Of a stretch of DNA of 64,000 nt, positions 14,110 through 26,240 are shown piece by piece. A program made the translations under genes and the position numbers. A model generated the notes under the pieces. The model ran no database searches, was not told the origin of the DNA, and saw nothing but the letters and a program-made list of their open reading frames with translations. This stretch comes from Vicugna vicugna (Eukaryota), in assembly GCA_013265495.1 (NCBI GenBank), contig MU057403.1, forward strand, positions 1-64,000, written 5' to 3'. Every line of letters begins with the position of its first letter. The stretch's first letter is position 1.

Positions 14110-14460
14110 CAATGACTCATGTTCTCCGACATTCACACCCTGGTGTAGTTGTGTCCCTCACTGCCTCTGAGAGTGGCCATGTGTCTAATCTTGGCCATCA
14201 GAACATCAGCAAATGAAACTTGAGTGGAGGCTTGCTTGGCACTTACAATTTGAGATGTGTCCTCTTGGAACTTTCCTTTTTAGTATCCAGCTTCTATGCT
14301 GTGTCCAAGCAACAATATGGTGAGGTCCACATGGAGAAGAACCGAGAACCTTGGATATAACCCCATCTGAACTTCCAGCCATCAGTTGGCACCAGCTCTC
14401 AGCCATGTGAACAAGGCCATTTGGAACTTCTCACCATCCCAGTGTCCCAGCCGCAACACA
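14110..14460. mobile_element. MaLR (MLT1-like) LTR fragment
   Basis: 'gctgtgtccaagc...ggtccacatggagaagaaccgag...cagccatgtgaacaaggcc' MLT1-like motifs. Confidence 0.55.
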
Positions 14461-15242
14461 GAATTTTCCCATCTCAGAAAACCTGTGGCGTTCATATCCT
14501 AATTTCAATTGCATATACTCCTTGACCTACAAATAACCATAACAGACATCATAGCAAACATTTGCTATCTTGGTGCAGCATTTGCTATGCACCAAGCGCA
14601 CAACTAGGTTTACTATTGTGCGATCTCAATGCTGTGGCAGTATAAGTGTCCAAAGATGTTATTTTTTCCCCCAATCACCAATTTAAACCATAATTTGTCA
14701 AATTTCCCTTTCCCATCCCTATGACAAATTCTTGGCTACAGTAATTCATTCAATGGTGTTCATATCCTAATTTCAATTGCATATACTCCTTGACCTACAA
14801 ATCACCATAACAGACATCATAGCAAACATTTATGCAGCATTTGCTATGCACCAAGCACACAACTAGGTTTACTATTGTGCGATCTCAATGCTGTGGCAGT
14901 ATAAGTGTCCAAAGATGTTATTTTTTCCCCCAATCACCAATTTAAACCATAATTTGTCAAATTTCCCTTTCCCATCCCTATGACAAATTCTTGGCTACAG
15001 TAATTCATTCAGCAAATGCTTACTGAGTTCCCACTGAGTTTGGAACACAGATGATACAGTGGTGAACAAAACAAGCAGAAATCCCTGCTCTCGTAGAGGT
15101 GGAAAATATAAATAACAAAGTAAGTGTATCAGTTAGCTTAGCTATTTAGGTGGTGGGAACAACTTTAAAAAGCAGTGAGAGTTTATATTGTATGGCCTCT
15201 GTAGGTTGGATGCTTTGGAAACCAGACCCTCAGGCTGCAGCC

Positions 15243-16345
15243 TTTTTTTTTTTTTTTTAATTGCAGCATAGTTGATTTACAATGTTAGTTTAGGTGATTC
15301 AGTTATACATATACATACATACATTTTTTTTTCTTTTCAGATTCTTTTCCATTATATGTTATTATGAGAAATTGAATATAGTGCCCTGTGCTCTACAGTA
15401 GGTCCTTGTTTATCTATTTTATATTTAGTACTGTGTATCTGTTAATCTCCAACTCCTAATTTATCCCTCACCACCCTTTCCCCTTTGGTAATATGGTTTG
15501 TTTTCTATGCCTGTGAGTTTTGTGTTTGGTTTGTAAATAGAATTTGTATCATTTTTTTAAGACCCCACATATAAGTGATAACATATGATATTTAGCCTTC
15601 TCTGACTAACTTCACTCAATATGATAATCTCTAGGTCCATCCATGTTGCTGCAAATTACATTCTTTCACCCTTTTTTATGGCTCATATTTCATATGTATC
15701 CCATATATACCACATCTTTTTTATCCAATCATCTGATGATGGACATTTAGGTTGTTTCCATGTCTTGACTGTTACCAGTACCGCTGCTGTGAACATTGGG
15801 GTGTGTGTGTCTTTCCAAATTAGAGTTTTCTCCAGATGTAAGCCTAGGAGTGGGATTGCTGGGTCATATGGTAACTCTATTTTTAGTTTTTTAAGGAACC
15901 TCCATACTGTCCTTCATAGTGGCTGCACCAATTTACATTCCCACCAACAGTGTAAGAGGGTTCCTTTTTCTCCACAACAGTTATCATTTGTAGACTTTTT
16001 TATGATGGCCATTCTGACTGGTGTGATACCTCATTGTAGTTTTGATTAACTGTTACCAGTACCGCTGCTGTGAACATTGGGGTGTGTGTGTCTTTCCAAA
16101 TTAGAGTTTTCTCCAGATGTAAGCCTAGGAGTGGGATTGCTGGGTCATATGGTAACTCTATTTTTAGTTTTTTAAGGAACCTCCATACTGTCCTTCATAG
16201 TGGCTGCACCAATTTACATTCCCACCAACAGTGTAAGAGGGTTCCTTTTTCTCCACAACAGTTATCATTTGTAGACTTTTTTATGATGGCCATTCTGACT
16301 GGTGTGATACCTCATTGTAGTTTTGATTTGCATTTCTCTAATAAT
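15243..16345 (-). mobile_element. L1 3' end with an internal 281-bp tandem duplication
   Basis: Poly-T tail at 15243, typical antisense L1 3' UTR and ORF2 C-terminal sequence. Confidence 0.9.
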
Positions 16346-18447
16346 TTTCAGCTTTTAATGTATGCAAATATATATATAGTCATATGAGACTGCAAGCGTA
16401 AGACCTGCTAGTCACCAGCGCCAGGTGGCCTGGAGGCGTCCTCTAGGTGGAAGTTGCAAAAACTGGGGCTCCGGACAAGGGCATAAACTCCTATGTGAGA
16501 GACACTGGGGATCTGAAGCAAGGCAGAGGGAGAGCACAAACACTGTACTCTGCTCCATGCCCTGAGAGCCCCTCTGTGCATACCTTGATATGTGCCAATC
16601 AGAAAGTTTGCCTCTGAGGCCAAACCCAAGGTCTCTTTCTCAGAAAGACTCAAGGAGTGTGCAGTCTGCTGTCTGAGCAGTGCCCTGTGGGTGGTAGTCT
16701 GCCAAGAACAGGGTCTCCATTGTTCCATTCTCATGGGATCCAGGATTGCAAGCACCCCATGGCCTCCATAGCCACGTGATCAAGGGGCATCCCCTGGGAA
16801 AAAGTTGCAAAAACTAGGTCACCAGGCATGTGTCAGAGTTTCCCTTTAGGAGTGGTGTTCTGGATCATGGCAGAAGGAAAGTGGGCTGATGGTGCTGGCA
16901 GGAGCAGAGCAGAGGTGGAACATAACATTGCACCCACTGGGAAGAAGAAAAAAATTTTAAAGGCCTAGCATGATAGGAAAAAAAAAGATGGTGCCCACAA
17001 GCCGGAGGAAGGGAGACGGGGAGTGTAAAACTGGTGGTGCCTGCTAGGAAGGGAGTGAGGGGAAAGATGGCACAGGAAGATGGTGCCTGCTGGCCCCTGT
17101 CCCTGGAGAATATCCCAGCAGACCCCTAAATGTGTGTTACATTAGATGCCTGGCCCTAATTAAGGCTGATGCTTAAAATTAGCAAATGATTCTATCTTAC
17201 AAAAAGTCTGGGCATGACTGACCGTGTTTTCATTGGACCCTGGGGGAGAGAGTCCAAGCACCTGAGCTCTGTCAGCGCTATTTCTCATATCACTGTGGAT
17301 TTGGGGGGTCTTGTGGACAGAAACATACCATAAAAAGCAGGCTTGTTGGGGAGCTTGAATATTTTAAATGTAGTTATATTTCTCTGTCTATTCCCAATAG
17401 ATTTGTGCACCATCTACTTTAGAAAGTTAGTGGTTTTGGTCAATCAGGATACTGAGTCTGGTTAGCAAGTGAGGAAGCTGATAATCAATAATCATGATTG
17501 GAATGCCCACCATTTATTTACTTTGAACCAGAAAATTTATGCATAATAGTTAGTATTCTCACAACTCAGGTGAAGAAAACAAAAAAAGAAACCAACCAAT
17601 TAATCCAAGGATACATAGCTAGTAAGTGGTAGGAAGTGTGCCAAGGGTCTACTCAGCCTTCAGAAACATCCATTATGTTAACTTCTGGCTCCAACATCTT
17701 GCACAAAAATACTGTGTATTTCAGTTGTGATTTTGGAATTTTGTCACGCAGGAAAAGACGGTACTGACTCTCTAGGAATTTTAAAAATAAGTAGATAAGA
17801 AATGTGACAGAAACAAATGAGGCTATATAAGAATGTAGCAAATAAACAGTTTTCCAGAACAGTGTAATGTTAACATGGCATATTTCCCCTATTAAATTTT
17901 AACAAGAATATATGTGTGTTTGTAGACAAAATGTTTTAATTTAATTCTACAAGACAGCTGGAGATTGCTTGCATTTGTTGTTTACTCAAAATATTTGTTT
18001 AGAATTAGTCAATTGATTTAATATGTAACAGCAGTTAGTGTGAACAAGGGAAAAAAGTGCAATTGATGGGGAAGAAGATATTATTGTATAATGTAACTGT
18101 TGTGTTGATAGAATGAGTTTGTGTTCTTCAGTAAAGATGTTTAGCATTAACTCAGATTTGGAATATAGTGGAAAAAAATGTACTGTCAGTTGTATACTCA
18201 GACCAAAATACCTTCATAACAGAAGTTTGTTTTTTTTCCTTCACGTTTTGAAAATTTTTAAGTCACATAACCTGATACGGTAAATACTGTATTATATTAC
18301 AGTGAGTCATGGAATGTATTTTCTTCAATTAAATTAATACTTATTTTTACAAATTCTGGTCTGGTATAAATTTGGTGTGTGATGCAGTTGTCTCTCAGAT
18401 ACATAAAGCAATCCCTTCTTCATCTGCTGTGAAGCCCACTTGGGGAC

Positions 18448-18576
18448 TTTTTTGGGGGGAGTTGTGGTGAGGTAATTAGGTTTATTTATTTATTTAATGC
18501 TAGGTGCCTACCTAGCATGCACAAAAGCTTGTGCATGCTAGGTAGGCACCCTACCACTGAGCTATACCCTTCCCCC
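18448..18576 (-). mobile_element. Vic-1-like tRNA-derived SINE with an internal fold-back rearrangement
   Basis: 'ctaccactgagctatacccttcccc' is the reverse complement of the SINE head at 28831; (TTTA)n tail. Confidence 0.8.
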
Positions 18577-21500
18577 ATCCAGGGACATTTTCATTTCAGA
18601 TATTATACTTGGCAACTCTAGAATTTCATTTTGGTTCTGCTTGCCCTTCTCTCCCTCCTCCTCTTTCTCCTTCTCCTTCTCTTCCTCCTCCTCCTCCTTC
18701 TCTTTAAAATATAGTCTCTATTTCTTTTCTGAGATTCTCCATCTGTTCACTCATTATGCCAATCTTTCACTTTACTTTTTTGGAACTTATTTATAACATT
18801 TGCTTTACAATTCATACCTGCTAATTCCAACATCTTGGTCATTCAGAATCTATTTCTACTGACTGATTTCTCTCTTAAGTATGGATTACATTTCCTTGTT
18901 TCTTCCATATATAGTAATTTTTAAAAATCATATGCAGGACACTGTAGATGATACACTGTAGACACTTTAGAATCCCTTACATTCCATGAAGTGTGTTGAT
19001 TTGAGGAATAGCAAGCAGTCAGATTACTGAATGATCTACTTTACCTTGGGGATGCTTGGTTTAACATGTATTGAGGGCAGGTCTTTTTTGGTTTTGCCCC
19101 TTACTCCCAGGGTGAAACTCCTCAGTCCTGGGACACAGATTTTTCTTGTAAGGGAAAGCCCTTCTATAGTTTCAAAGTAACTGAGATGTTTACTGAACTC
19201 CTCTAACCGGGTGGGTTTCAAAATTTTAACATGTTTGCTTTGCAGTGGGAAGAGCTGGAATCTCTGCTCAACTCTTTCAGTTTCATTATCTTTTTCTTTC
19301 TGCTAGACTTGTGCAGTCTGCCCAGCATATGCACAGTTTTGAGTCAGCTGACAGTTGGAGAGGAGTTTATGTTCAGATTTGGGGGCTTCCTCCTCTCTAG
19401 CTCCCTCTGTTCCAGGATTTCCACCATCAACATCCTACCACTCAATCATCCCATACTCCACCTTCTACCCTTCTGTCCAGTAAGATGGTGGCTTTCTTGT
19501 AGACTCTTTGCCACCCCACACTGCATGAAGCTTTCACCCAATTTCTCCCCAGTGCTTTCAAATCTTACAAACAATTATTTCAGAGTTCATAATTGCTATA
19601 TGAAAATTAAGGCTGGTACAAGCTACTCCACTCTTACACTAAACTAACATGACAAACCTTCAGGGAGCATTCTAATTGGTATTGGCAGGTGTGTTTGGTG
19701 GATGCAACATAGTATTGAGAATCTGTTCATGGCACCTTGCTTCATTGTGTCATGTATCCTCACATCACCCTCAAAGTAGGGAGAAAAGAGGAATCGTTAC
19801 TCTTTCTGTTGTAAAAAAGTAAAAACCCATAATAAAGAGAAGGGGAGAAAAATGCTTATGATCACAGTGTTTTAGCCAATGAGTTGGGAGTAGACCCTAA
19901 ACCTTCAGGTTGATTTTGTTACCATTGGGCAAGGTTCAAATCTGTAAAGCTATCAAAGCTAGAAAGACTTACAGAAATGTGCATATCCTCAGTTACAGCA
20001 AAACTTCACTCTTTCAGACTCTACATTTTAACAACTGAAAGTTCAAATGTGACTCAATTTTGCCTTATCTATAAAAGGACGTTTCTCTACTGAAGAATGC
20101 TTAGAATGAGTAAAAGAATATAGCAAAGTAGTTGGCTTTGAAAGTGGTGTGCAGAAATCAGTACTCTCCTAAGCTCAAAACGAACAAACAAAAAAGAAAT
20201 GGAAGTATCAAGTAGGAGAGATTTAACACCCACTCAGTCACAACAACAAACCCAAAACACTTAACACCTAGGAATGAACTTAATGGGGAAGTATTCAGGG
20301 AATAGTCAATATTTTTATGCTTCAGAGCATGCAATATTTTGAAATATTTATACTATCTAAATTAATCAACAAACCAAAAAACATTCCAATCAATTAGAAG
20401 AGAGGGAGCAGTTAGGAAGACTTGATAGATTAGGCTGCAGGTTATTAAGAGGTTCAAGGAGTCACCAGGGCCATTTTGGAAAAGAACACAAATGATGAGC
20501 AGTATCTCTTTATAATACACTTTAATATACAGTATAATGAATATACAGTGTGTTACAATATACTACAGTGATTAAAACAGTGTGGCAACATGAAAGGTAC
20601 ACTGGTTAAAACTGTGGTAATTAGAATACTTACAGTAATGGAAAGGAATAAAGAGGCCAGCACGCATAAAAATTTAGTGTATAGTGAAAGTATTTCAAAT
20701 CAGTGCCCCATTGTATTTGGACAAATGGAAAGCCATTAAACAGAACTGGATTTATACTTTATTCTTTATACCAAAATAAATTCCAGCTCTATAGAAAATG
20801 TCAATGCTTGAAATAGAACGACAAGGTATTACAAGAAAACACGCATCAGTATATTTATGAATATGGAAGTCTTCCAGTGGAGGAGAAAGCATCTAACCTT
20901 GCTTCTGTTAGGGAGAAAAATAGAATCAGAAATATGAGTTTCTCTATTTGGAATGGAAATCAGCTTGTAATCAAAAACTACTTGCTAGTTGAGGAATAGT
21001 CTCACAATGGAAGCCTTTTCTTTTCTCTTTTCTCAGAAATGACTCTGAGCAAATTCTTGACACTCAGAGAGAAAAAGCTAATAATATTCCTAGCATGGCT
21101 GTTATAAATATATAAACCTCATCCTTGTTGTATTAAAAGTCTGCCCTACTGAAAAAAAAAAAACACTAGGATTAATGTTCAATTTCAAGGGACTCACACT
21201 TTAAAAACTATAAAACAGACCTTAAAAAACAATTATTCTGTACTTTTGAGGATGTGAATCCAAACACCAAAACTGTTTATTGCATGTAGGTAAAAATCTG
21301 TTCTAATTAGATTCAGTTTCACTTATTTTAATCTTTTATTTAAAAATTCAAAAGTAAATCCAACAGAGCTGGGATTTATTATCAACCAGGCATCAAGACG
21401 CTATTATATTAATGAGGCACTGGAAGTTGAAGTCAAATAAGAAAATCATTCATGGTCCTGGGGACAGAACAACACTGTGCATGAGGACAAGCACTTCTTT

Positions 21501-23779
21501 GCTGATTGAATGGAGACCAAGAGCACATCGAATTCAACAACTGAAAGATACAAAAGCATTTTCTTGTTCACCAGGTCAGGGGATGGAGAGAACCCCAAGT
21601 CCAATGCTACTTCTTTCCTTTTATCTTGTAAGGAGTTTTTATCCGAGCTATTTTTGGCCCATGGAACTCTTCCCATCACCCCTGGTCTGTGTAACACAAT
21701 CAGTGCACACAGGCCAACGTCATGTCAGACAGAGTACAATGGCCAGTGTGTGCTGAGCTTTAAGGCTTCAGTTTGGGAATCAAAATTTCACGTGGGTCTT
21801 GACTTGGAAAACCATGTTCTAAACATGTCCGTAAATGGTCCGAGCGTGATTCATCCCCACTGGTAAAAACAGAAACCTTCCCGGAACAATGGGGGATGAA
21901 TTAAACAGCTTCTGCCAAATAAATAACGAAATAAACAAATTAGAAGTCCCATGAATCTAAATCTGAGTCTTCAAAAATCATTAACCATGAAGCACAAGTT
22001 TTCATTTCTCTCTGTATTCTGTTCCTCCTATTAGCCTGTGTGTTGAGGACGTTCTTTACCAAGTTACTCTGCTGGTCTGCCAGTTTCTCTTATTATAGTC
22101 AAGCAAGAAGAAAGACAAATACTTTTTCCCCCTAGCTATAAATATTTTTCATTCTTCTGCTGATGAGAGTCAAATGCATATGAAATAAGCTAGGTAAAAT
22201 GTGGAACCTTTCTATTTTTCCCCTCTCCACGGCAAGGCACTTTCTCCCAGTTGAAACCTTCTTTTTTTTTTTTTTTGGTCAAGTTCAAATCAAAACTAGA
22301 GTGGCCCTAAGACTCTGCCTGGCTCCTAGTTTGGGCTGTGCTGGATGAGAAGCTATTTTTACTGCCGGCTCAGGGCCATCTGGTTTCTCTGGGATGGTTC
22401 ACAATGGTATGTTTCAGTGCAGCTGGTCACATGTGTGCTTTTCCCAAGTCAGGGCTGGTGACCTGGAGAGGAATGTGTGCAGACTCTCTCGGCACCTCCA
22501 ACCTCGTCATATCCTTCTGCATTAGTTGATACGCTGGGTTCCTCATGGCTAAGTGTTGGGTGAAGTGGCCACTGGCAGGCACTTCAGCTCTGTTTTGCAT
22601 GTTAGTGTTGGAGCTCTGGAGGTAGAGCCTGTGAACTGGGGTTCCCAAGCCCTCTGGTGAATTGTCTGGCATCTACCTTGATGGTGGGGCCGGGCACCTC
22701 CTGCTACTTCTTCTGCTTCTCCATTGGAAGCAGTGTGCCAGGTGAACTTAAGGAACTGAGTGCCTTGTCACAGTGGAAAAAAAAAAAAATGCAATCGGTG
22801 GGCAATTCAAAAAAATGCCTTGAAAGGCAGACTTACGAGAAAGAAGAAATCATCTTACTGTCCTCCACCAGCTGCGGCCAGGGCTCTCCCTCCTCTGGGG
22901 GAACATGTGTGCCTGGGAGCTGGGATGGTGGTCACCGAGCACACCAGGAAAGCCCTTCTAATGATCTGGACTCCTTTGTGGTCTTTTTCTTTTAAAAAAT
23001 TGCAGCGGGAAGTGTTGCCTGTCACCATTTAAGAAGAGTAAGTTTCTTTACCTTATCAACATCTTTCAATTCAATTAAAATTTATAGGGTGCCAGGAGGA
23101 CCTGCCCTAGCCTTCTCCCCCTGACTTCTCACATTCGCAGATGAGACCAGGGGAGAAAAGAAGCCACATTCATTTATAGCAGCCCCTCTCTGCAAGACGC
23201 AGTGTTCTTTTTATTCTGCACATTGATTCAGGTCCTAAGGTCTTTTGGTGACAATACTTGTGGGCAGTGCAGAAAAAGTCCCAATAATTAATACCAGATT
23301 ATATGAATAAAAATGAGATTTTCACAGACCCAAGAACATTTCTCTGCATTACCACATCCCCCAAAGTCTTTGGCGTTCAGCTCCAGAATGACTGCTCCCA
23401 TGCAGAACCTGCCTTGGAGACATGGAGGAACATGATCCTCTCCAGTTAATTTCATTGCTACAGAGTGGCTTTTCCCTTTAAGGGTTTTCTTAACACTTTA
23501 CAAACAATTCCTTATCCGCTAGATACATTCACTTGCTAATGCTTCTACTACTTAATCAACATGAGAAATAAAAAATACTGAGATAGTCGCCGAAACAATA
23601 CAAAATTATTTGTCAATCAGGGCGCTTCTATTTTCTTCTAACACATTAAATAATAAGACCCAGTGACGTGTTTAATGTTACCATAAATTTGAAAAACTAA
23701 TAAACCTAGGTATAACTCATTTCCCCATTCAAGTTCACAGGCATCCAGAACTCCATCCACTGGCTTGTAGACCCCAGGG

Positions 23780-23935
23780 TTAATGTAATCCTCATCATAA
23801 CCCTATGAAATAGGTATCACCATTTTTATTCCTTTTTACAGATGAGGAAAGTGAGGCACAGAGAGGCTAAGTGAGTCCACTAAGCTCCTAAATGATGGAG
23901 CTGAGATCTGGCTGCCTCCTAAATTCTTAACCAAC
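23780..23935. mobile_element. MIR
   Basis: MIR core 'tttacagatgaggaaagtgaggcacagagagg'. Confidence 0.8.
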
Positions 23936-24323
23936 ACGCAGTTCCTGGCTTAGATTAGGGCTGACCTCAGGGTCAACATGTTCACGCTCACTGCCAGCTC
24001 ACAAACAGGAGGAGCCAATCAGAAAGAAGAGGGAACTGAAAGTTCCTACTCACGGATAAATACCTTTCAAGCTGCAGAAGGGTTGCAGAAAGGCTTCCAT
24101 AAGTGTGACCATTTTAATTTAAAAAAAACAAACAAACAACATTCTCCCTGTCTTTAAATGCTGTGTGCAGAATGCCGTATGATTTGTAACTATTGCACCA
24201 TAATGCATTGCCCACTAGAATGGAATATTGGAAGGTTTGTATGGATTTTGCTTTACTGATGTCAGAATCCACTGTTCTCTTGGGAACATGCCCTGCTCCC
24301 TGATCCCGTTCTGTTGCACTAAT

Positions 24324-24581
24324 CAGACTGCAAGCTCCTTGCCTTCCATTTGTCCTCCGTGGGCACCCGGTTTTCTCCAGCAAGGTTTTGATGAGGCTTC
24401 TTGAGTGGTTCAGGGGTGGGGGCTCGTCCGCAGAGAGAAGCCGCACTTCGGTCAGTTGCCTGGGACTCCAAGTGCCGCCGCTGCCCGGAGTCGAGGTTTC
24501 TCCTGTCTCAGCAGGGGGAACAAGGCTTAGGAGAAGGGACAGGGGCACCCAGAATATGGAAAGCTTTGTCCAGAAGCACAT
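24324..24581 (-). pseudogene. SLC39A12: SLC39A12 (ZIP12) first coding exon (exon 2), 86 codons, with disrupted splice donor; later exons not found
   Basis: [18 protein letters not shown]...[24 protein letters not shown] matches the recalled ZIP12 N-terminus; acceptor ccacag| at 24668 (86 nt of 5' UTR in the exon); exon end reads CTG|ATTAGT. Gene identity is firmer than pseudogene status. Confidence 0.75.
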
Positions 24582-26130
24582 TTCCACTCTTCCTTTACCC
24601 CAAATCTGTCTTTGGTGGTGGTGCGTGGCTTGGTGTTCACAGTGTAAACTTGGAACTGGAGGAATTTCTGTGGCAAGGAAAAAAATTAAATAAAAGCTTT
24701 AATTATGGTGCCTGAAACAGGTTTGAAAGGATTCATTAATTGGGTGGCTAAGCTGATTTGCAATGACAAGCTGTTTCTGAACAACAGGGGGGTGGGGTCT
24801 GTAGATGGATTATAACTCCAACTGGCAGGAAAGGATGCTGGCTGTGACTTTCAAACTGTGGAACAGCCAAGAGGCTTGTTATATTGCCTCCCTCTGAACT
24901 GAACAGAGAGTCAAAAATGAGGAAGAACACATTTCAGTATTTCTTCTGAAGGTGCTACAAGTCGGGGCCTGGGGGCAGGAAACACCCTCATTTTATCCCT
25001 CTCTCAAGTAGACCTCCCAGGGATCTGTGATCCTCATCAGCGAAGTCAGTAAATAAAAATAATCAGAAAGTAAAGTTTAATAAATTACAGATAACATGTT
25101 GAGTTAGAAGGTTTTAGATAAGGAAAGGATGAAAAGAACAGAGTAACATCCAGAAACTACTGCTTCATTTTCCCTTTTTCAGTTGATAAACAGAGTATGA
25201 ACTAGCTTGGAAAAACAAGGGAGTTTCAAGACCGCACGAGCCATGATAAATCCACATGTTCAGTGCTCACTAAAGACGTGAAAGAACAGCTTTGGGGCCA
25301 ATCAACTTTCTGGAAAAAAATTAATCTTGTCAACTGATTGCTTAAGGAATGCAAAATGTTAACAGCATCTCATGTCGGATCTTGGCCCAGAGACCAGCTC
25401 AGAATGACTGAGGGTTAGTAACAAAAATACTGGGATTACTTTCATGGTTTAGGAAAAGTGAGACAGAGAGAGAGTTGAAGATTCTTATGTTAGCATTTTT
25501 TAAAAATGACAGAAGAGGATACAAACATTTCTAAACACATTGCTTCCCTTCAGAAGAAAGATAAATGTTTATCCAGAGCTCTGTGGCCTTTTAAGTCTCA
25601 GAGAGTATTTCGTGGTTACAAAGTCCTCTGTTTTTAAAATTCCTTGACTGTGCACTGGGAGCGGGAGAGGATTATTTCAGCCCAGAACAGTTTCCTGTTG
25701 CTATAGAGAGTAACAATGAAGGTGGATAAAAGTGAGAAGTTTCTGTCTGGCCGATTTTCAGGAAAATCAAATTTAAGTCGCTAATGAACCTGACTTTTTA
25801 GATCGATATTTAGCAATTTTCTTAGAATTCTAAGAAAAATCTTAGAATTTCTTATGGTCACTTGACTTTTAGAGGACAGTTCTAGGGCAAAAGAGTTCAC
25901 CTTGCAGAATGGTAAAGGTTTTAGTGTTGGATCAAGATTTTTTTTTTTTTGAACCAGATGATTCTGTGATAACTCTTATCCACACTCAAACCAAGGATTT
26001 GTTGAAAGAGAGTTTCATTAGAACGTTATTTATTTTATAAGGGGCAGAGATTTAAATAATTTAAGGCGTTCGTAAATTCAGAAATAGATGTTTCCAAACA
26101 AAGTATTTGCTGGAGGAATACAGCTCTTAC

Positions 26131-26240
26131 CTGGGAAGTTGGAAACTTTCATTAGCTGTATGTAGTCTGATTCCAGAGTCTGTGGTACAAGAAATTCCCT
26201 AAGGCCTGACAGGCCCTGTGAAATCAGCTCTCCCTGAACT
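26131..26240 (-). other. SLC39A12: Putative non-coding exon 1 of SLC39A12 (5' limit approximate)
   Basis: Strong donor CCCAG|GTAAGA at 26131/26130, ~1.46 kb upstream of the exon 2 acceptor, consistent with a short first intron. Confidence 0.5.
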
